Of a DNA stretch of 64,000 bases, positions 58,861 through 64,000 are shown piece after piece. The DNA comes from a virus. The position numbers were made by a program, and so were the translations under genes. Location: the IMG/VR virus record IMGVR_UViG_3300007511_000003, positions 1 to 64,000 of that record; one strand, given 5' to 3'. The notes under the pieces are model-generated. The model made no database searches. It saw nothing but the letters and a program-made list of their open reading frames with translations, and was not told where the DNA came from. Each line of letters starts with the position of its first letter. Position 1 is the stretch's first letter.

Positions 58861-59085
58861 ATGGTGTCATTTATACAACGGTGTACCCATCGTGAATGTC
58901 CTGATGGTAAGGTAGGGGAGCCCGCGTCTTATGTTGTTTGTCAAAGATGTTGGAGGGGGTCCATTTGCCGTACATGTAAATACGCGGAAGACAGACCATA
59001 CGTGAATCGTTGTACCACGGCACTAGCTTTGGTACTGTCAGGACTAGGGATTCACCTTTTAATTACATTGGGTACATCCCTTTAA
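58861..59085 (+). CDS. small Cys-rich membrane-anchored protein
   Basis: Several CxxC pairs, C-terminal TM segment. Confidence 0.4.
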   Translation: MVSFIQRCTHRECPDGKVGEPASYVVCQRCWRGSICRTCKYAEDRPYVNRCTTALALVLSGLGIHLLITLGTSL

Positions 59086-59104
59086 CGTAACCAAGAGGGC
59101 CGAC

Positions 59105-60025
59105 ATGGATAATACAGAACGACCAACCGGTAATTTGGCACAACAAGCGGAGGGCATGTCTTTCCGCCTCCCAGACCTGATCAACCAACGAGGTCAGATT
59201 GTACCGCGTAACAAGAGTGAGGAGGTAGAACTCCAACAGCTCTACAAAGCGTTCGGTGTAGAACCCCTTGGCAAGAAATACCGCAAACGCCAGGAAGCCA
59301 TCAACAAAGTCGAGAAGGACATGCCGATCCTGGCCTGTACGATTGTTTCTGTTGGTCAAGCAATGACCATCAAGGGCATCTGTCGGTTGGTAAACAAGCA
59401 AGACTTATGGCCCCTCTACCAACGGATGAAAACCAACCGTGAGAAGGTACGCATCCAACAAGAACAAGAACTGGTGATAAAGCAGCAGCAAGCGGCTTTG
59501 GCCAAGCATCGCCAGAAACAAGGTACGACACAGATTCCTGAAGGCATCCCTGTGAAAGAGGGTGACGGGGTTGTCAGTATTAGTTTGGACCAACCCATCA
59601 TGCCACAGGCAGACGAGCCCCTCGAGTTTGAGGACCAAGAGGGATTACCAGAGGAACCGACACCCGAAGAGTTGAAGCAACTTGTAGGAGAAACCTTGGG
59701 TATGAATCCTGACGAGGTTGTTCTACCGATAGAGCCTGAAGGTATTGCGGAGGAAGATCCAGGTGAGGTAGTTGAGTTCGCCGACAAGATGGGCACCCAA
59801 GACACCATAGAGATAGAGATGGATGGTAATGACGTGTCTGGCCAGGAATTCGGTCAGGATGTTCCACCTGTGTCGTTGGAGACTCCTGTAGATCCAGAAC
59901 CTCTTAAAAAGGTGACGGTCGAAGAGGTGGCACCCGCCGTAACCATCACACGACCTGGCGAAGAGGCCAAACAATTTCCTGATGCCTCCAGCAACCAAGC
60001 TGTTCAGTGGGGTACACCGAAATGA
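59105..60025 (+). CDS. hypothetical protein with an acidic disordered C-half
   Basis: Long ORF with Glu/Pro-rich tail. Confidence 0.55.
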   Translation: MDNTERPTGNLAQQAEGMSFRLPDLINQRGQIVPRNKSEEVELQQLYKAFGVEPLGKKYRKRQEAINKVEKDMPILACTIVSVGQAMTIKGICRLVNKQDLWPLYQRMKTNREKVRIQQEQELVIKQQQAALAKHRQKQGTTQIPEGIPVKEGDGVVSISLDQPIMPQADEPLEFEDQEGLPEEPTPEELKQLVGETLGMNPDEVVLPIEPEGIAEEDPGEVVEFADKMGTQDTIEIEMDGNDVSGQEFGQDVPPVSLETPVDPEPLKKVTVEEVAPAVTITRPGEEAKQFPDASSNQAVQWGTPK

Positions 60026-60787
60026 GTATCCAAATGATGATAGACCTGGAGACGTTAGGTTTGGAACCCGGCTCCGTTATCTTGTCCATTGGTGCCGTTG
60101 TATTTGATCCCAATGCAGGATGGGTTCCTGATTTACCCCCCTATTCCAGAGGATCCCAATTCCATTAACGAAGTCCCTGGCTATTTTTACGCCAACATTG
60201 ATCCGGAGGACGCCCAACAACAAGGCTTGACAGTGGATGCCGGGACCGTCAAATGGTGGATGAGACAATCCAAGGAAGCCAGCTCTTACTTGGAGGTAAA
60301 CCAACGTCCTCTCCAAGACGTGCTCCATGACCTATACTATTTCTGCCTGAAGACAGCCCATGAGGCTCGGGCATCAGCCCCTCAATTCCTGCATAATGGA
60401 AAACCTATCGAGGTGCAAGACATAAAATATTTACGGGTATGGGGACATGGGGCGGACTTTGATCCTGTGCTATTGCAACAGGCCTTCCGTCTGTTTAAGG
60501 GTAGCGAGATTTCCCGCCCTTGGGGTCACCGGATGGCCCGTGATACCCGCACTGTTTTTGACCAGGTATGGCCCCAACTCGGAGGGCAGTACCCACACAA
60601 TACCCTACTTCCGGGTACAAACCACCTTCGACATATTGCGTGGGTAGACGCATGGCGACAAGCCCATGCAGTGTGTTGTGCTTACCACCAACTAGGGCTG
60701 ACAAATCAAGAATGCCCCTGTGACCGCCAAGCCGACTGTTTGGACGTAAACGAGGAATCTCATGGAAACACAAACAACCAAACCTAG
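60022..60787 (+). CDS. DEDD 3'-5' exonuclease (Rv2179c/ExoVIII-like) with a +1 frameshift at C6 60136-60141
   Basis: MIDLETLG..PGSVILSIGAV.FDP in one frame; T.KWW..Q, WG.GA.FD, RDTRT, H.A..DA..QA in the +1 frame. Confidence 0.8.
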
Positions 60788-60974
60788 ACTACCTTCCCGA
60801 AACGACGGTCGGTATTATATTCAGCAATGGGACGCTGGACACGCTGTTATCGACAAGGATAGGGGAGAGACAGAACCGGTCCTTATTACCGACAGTTACG
60901 AAAGAGCCTGTGATTTCATTGAAGGGCTTTGGGGAGAACAAGATGCAGAGGAGGAACCGACGGATGGACCTTAA
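60762..60974 (+). CDS. hypothetical protein
   Basis: GAGGA RBS. Confidence 0.45.
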   Translation: METQTTKPRLPSRNDGRYYIQQWDAGHAVIDKDRGETEPVLITDSYERACDFIEGLWGEQDAEEEPTDGP

Positions 60975-61139
60975 GGAGATGCGCGAATTTTGGCACGCAA
61001 AGAACCCTTCCAGACCTTTGCGTGCCCCCAAACCCGAGGATATTCCTCAACCAAAGAAACCTGATAGAGGGTCGCTCCTGGTCCACAGTCGGCACCTATG
61101 TGGATGTGACATGGGCAGACCTTGCGAAACAGTGTGACC

Positions 61140-61481
61140 ATGGCTGAATGTGTTTTCCCTGATGAAGGCGTAACATTGGTACCGACCCTTGAGGAGTATA
61201 TTATCCAAGAGGGTTACGTTGATGGTACCTGTTTTCCCAACACGTTTTTCGTAAACATCCTGTGCTGTGCTCAACACTACATTGCCGACATGGAAGACTG
61301 GATGGAAGCTCATACTAATGGGGAGCCTGTGGGTACGAAAGCGTTTGGGGGCCTCAAGGGAATGTGGGTGACAGGATGGACAGGAAAACAAGCGTCCGGT
61401 GATATGAATTTTCGCCGGTATGCCATCCGGTATGCGGGTCCTTCTGGGGACCCATGGGAGTTCAATTCATTTGTAGTATAA
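61140..61481 (+). CDS. hypothetical protein
   Basis: ORF in the operon; start uncertain. Confidence 0.4.
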   Translation: MAECVFPDEGVTLVPTLEEYIIQEGYVDGTCFPNTFFVNILCCAQHYIADMEDWMEAHTNGEPVGTKAFGGLKGMWVTGWTGKQASGDMNFRRYAIRYAGPSGDPWEFNSFVV

Positions 61482-61491
61482 GGGGCCGAGT

Positions 61492-62598
61492 ATGTTTGCA
61501 AAGAGAATGGTGGAAAGGGCACAAGAGATTGACAGCCGGGTAATCATAGGTCTGGATCCAGATCTGTCCAAGATGCCGCCAGAAGTACAAAAAGAAGCCC
61601 AAGAAAATGGAGTAGGGCTTTCCTCTGTCATTGGGTCCTATCTTCGGCAGGTTATTGAAGCCACCCGCCAACACGCGGTGGCGTTCAAGCCTCAAGCTAC
61701 TTTCTACGAACAATTCCAACGGGATGGTCTGGAGGTCTTGGAATACGTGATCGAAAGCCTCCGGGAACTTGGTCAGATTGTCATCTTGGACGCCAAGCGG
61801 AATGACATTGGCAACACCGCAGCCGCTTATGGAAGAGCTTGGTTAAACTCCCGGTCAACTCATGGTTTTCCCAACCCTTGGATGGTTGATGCAATTACAG
61901 TAGCACCTTACATGGGCAAGGATTCTGTTCTTCCTTTCCTGGACGCCAACAGGGATGCTGGAGTGTCCCTCCTCTGTCGGACCTCCAACTCTGGGGCCGA
62001 TGACTTTCAGGACTTTTCTGACAACATGGGTGGGTGTTTATATGAAAGGGTGGCAGAAAAAGCACATGACTGGGGGAAGGACTATCGACCCCTCCATTGT
62101 AAATACTCCAATCTTGGGCTTGTTGTAGGGGCCACCAAAGACATACGAGAGGTGCGATCGATCCGGCAGTTTAATAAACGGGCTTTGTTCTTGATGCCTG
62201 GTATTGGTGTTCAAGGAGGATCGATCGAAACGATCGTAGCTGGGGCAGGACCTGACTTACTAGGCGCCTATGCGGCAGCGTCACGGTCGGTATTGTATCC
62301 AAAGAGAAGGACTAAAGAGGAACAAGCGTTGTGGGACGGAGAGAACTGGCCAGAGTTTATCCGTCTTCGGTGTGAAGAGGAAGCTCGTCTGTTGAAGGAA
62401 GCCATCCAAAAGCGGTTCGCACTTGAAAGGTGGCGGAACAACTTAAAGAGCAAGGATATCGTGGTACACAACGGGCAACAAGAAGTGCTGGAAGGAGTTT
62501 ACACCTCTCAGGATACCTTGATGGGCAGGATCCGCAAGTCAGGAGCCAAGGTCATCAATGTCCCAGTGTCAGAGTTTAATCCAGTTTCACAAGGTTAA
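61492..62598 (+). CDS. pyrF: orotidine-5'-phosphate decarboxylase (with C-terminal extension)
   Basis: GLDP, FKPQ..FYE, ILDAKR.DIGNT, PYMG.DS, RTSN, VVGAT, PGIG.QGG, SRS..Y. Confidence 0.92.
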   Translation: MFAKRMVERAQEIDSRVIIGLDPDLSKMPPEVQKEAQENGVGLSSVIGSYLRQVIEATRQHAVAFKPQATFYEQFQRDGLEVLEYVIESLRELGQIVILDAKRNDIGNTAAAYGRAWLNSRSTHGFPNPWMVDAITVAPYMGKDSVLPFLDANRDAGVSLLCRTSNSGADDFQDFSDNMGGCLYERVAEKAHDWGKDYRPLHCKYSNLGLVVGATKDIREVRSIRQFNKRALFLMPGIGVQGGSIETIVAGAGPDLLGAYAAASRSVLYPKRRTKEEQALWDGENWPEFIRLRCEEEARLLKEAIQKRFALERWRNNLKSKDIVVHNGQQEVLEGVYTSQDTLMGRIRKSGAKVINVPVSEFNPVSQG

Positions 62599-62650
62599 CT
62601 GTAAATAAACCCTGAGCGTTCACCCAACTATTACCAGAAGGAGAAGTACT

Positions 62651-63028
62651 ATGGCCGATGAGCCGAAGACCGAAACACCCCAACCCCCTGCGCCCACAGT
62701 AACTGCCCTGCCCGGAGAGAACGGGATCCAGCCGCCAGAGCCGATGGGAGCACGCCCACAAGGCCCCACGATTACCATGCCCATCGTCGAGCTGGCGGAA
62801 GCCTTGACCACCGCTTATGTTGACGGATTCAACTCAGCCGCGGCAGGCGTTACCTTAATCAGCCGGAAGTTCAACCGCGAACAGCATAAGCAAGCCACGA
62901 TCGTGCGAATTGCCAAAGCGGTCGGCGCCATCAAAGAGCCGGTTAAGGAAGCCCCTCCAGAGGGCCAGCCTGCCACTGACGCTCCGGCTGAGGCCAATGC
63001 CGAGGCAAAACCCCCGCAACAGGAATAA
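62651..63028 (+). CDS. hypothetical Pro/Ala-rich protein
   Basis: GGAG RBS; TGTAAATA upstream. Confidence 0.55.
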   Translation: MADEPKTETPQPPAPTVTALPGENGIQPPEPMGARPQGPTITMPIVELAEALTTAYVDGFNSAAAGVTLISRKFNREQHKQATIVRIAKAVGAIKEPVKEAPPEGQPATDAPAEANAEAKPPQQE

Positions 63029-63998
63029 AATCATCTGGGCGTTTCAACTCACCTTTATGTTCCCAACGGACAAGGGCTTCGACTGCTTCTACCTTGTTGG
63101 CCCCCAGGTTTATTTTAGGTTGGTATACCAGATAAAACTCACCTTTTTCCAGACCTTCACGGACGGAGGCTTCTATTTCAACACGACGGCAAGCTTTCTC
63201 TTGCATTTCTGGATGATAAAAGTGGAAGGTACCACGTCCAGCATTCTTGGATTCATACATTGCACTGTCGGCACTCTTGAGCAGGTCTTCTTGGAGTTCT
63301 GCGTCGTCTGGGTAGACTGAGATACCGATTGAACAGGAGATGAAAATGTTCTGCCCACACAGCTGGAAGGGTAACGTTAACTGTTCCAGAATCTTACGGG
63401 CAACCAACTCAACATAACAGGGATGGGTGATACCTGTCAGGATAGTAGTGAATTCATCCCCTCCAAGACGGGCTACAGTATCCGACTGCCGCACGCAACT
63501 CTTGATACGGATGGCTACCTCCCGCAGCAAGTCATCCCCTGCGTCGTGTCCGAGAGTGTCATTCACCCACTTGAAACGATCCAGGTCAATAAACATTAAC
63601 ACAACCTGTTCTCTGTGCCTCTTGGCGGCATACATAGACTGTGACAAACGGTCCAAAAATAGGCTGCGGTTGGGTAACCCTGTCAGTTTGTCCCTCTCTA
63701 CCTGGAGTTTTAGCTGGTGTTCCAAATACCTCCGTTTGATTAAACACGCGACTGTCGAAGCTACCACGCCAAGGAAATCCTGTTCTTCCTTATTCACAGG
63801 ATGCCCTTCTTCCAGATATAGGTTAAGTACTCCCAAGAGCTTATCAGCATCCATGATGGGCACTACATAATGCCCATGAGGAACCATGCCCTCGAATGTA
63901 AAGTCATGTTGGTGGTCCACTTTATCGGCGAAGAGGAGGCTCTGTGATTGCAGTACTCTACCACACAGACAATCCCCTAGTTTTATAACCGCGCATTG
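62943..63998 (-). CDS. GAF-GGDEF diguanylate cyclase-like protein with a truncated EAL domain (5' partial)
   Basis: Frame open to the window edge; CLCGR...PHGHY GAF, D.LTGLPNR, DLDRFK.VND..GH..GD, RQSD, ARLGGDEF; EAL domain ends after PDDFIPVA. Confidence 0.85.
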   Translation of the reverse strand, partial: QCAVIKLGDCLCGRVLQSQSLLFADKVDHQHDFTFEGMVPHGHYVVPIMDADKLLGVLNLYLEEGHPVNKEEQDFLGVVASTVACLIKRRYLEHQLKLQVERDKLTGLPNRSLFLDRLSQSMYAAKRHREQVVLMFIDLDRFKWVNDTLGHDAGDDLLREVAIRIKSCVRQSDTVARLGGDEFTTILTGITHPCYVELVARKILEQLTLPFQLCGQNIFISCSIGISVYPDDAELQEDLLKSADSAMYESKNAGRGTFHFYHPEMQEKACRRVEIEASVREGLEKGEFYLVYQPKINLGANKVEAVEALVRWEHKGELKRPDDFIPVAGVLPRHWPQPERQWQAGPLEGLP

Positions 63999-64000
63999 TA

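Noticed and set aside
38319-62598. Bacterial chromosome origin for the metabolic genes
   Set aside because: The genes are isolated among short phage-type hypotheticals on one strand and share the phage cis motifs; no host operon structure.
1-64000. Alternative genetic code (stop-codon reassignment)
   Set aside because: Conserved enzymes are full length in the standard code and end in TAA, TAG and TGA; the interrupted genes need frame changes, not readthrough.
1-64000. tRNA or rRNA genes
   Set aside because: No cloverleaf or rRNA-like sequence recognised by eye; a tRNAscan-SE run would be needed to exclude them formally.

Overview
The window looks like part of a large (jumbo-type) dsDNA bacteriophage genome. 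It is densely packed, nearly all genes are on the + strand, it uses the standard genetic code, and I see no rRNA, tRNA or CRISPR array. Layout: (1) 1-8 kb, fibre/structural genes; (2) 8-14.5 kb, lysis and cell-wall genes (three holin-like genes, two M15-type peptidases) with a reverse-strand DnaG primase and a Cas4-like nuclease; (3) 15-36 kb, replication/transcription core (zincin peptidase, TGT/DpdA-like transglycosylase, SWIM protein, phage sigma factor, SSB-like protein, RecA, MmcB, SbcD/SbcC, J-domain protein, DnaX, UvrD); (4) 36-64 kb, accessory metabolism and host-manipulation genes (MazG, QueD, two PyrE, Hpt, HD hydrolase, RNase HII, DapD, an Acb2/Tad1-like protein, NYN, PurC, dCMP deaminase, ThyX, class II RNR, PyrF, a truncated GAF-GGDEF-EAL). 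Most notable: a clamp-loader gene (dnaX) fractured by a naturally split intein, with the decayed remnant of a Vsr-like homing endonuclease between the halves; a candidate 6S-RNA-like ncRNA behind an extended -10 promoter in a phage that has its own sigma factor; three recurring cis motifs (TGTAAATA, CTAATTT, GGAGCCGA); and a prfB-like +1 frameshift geometry in an endolysin. All product calls come from motif recognition by eye; no database search was run.
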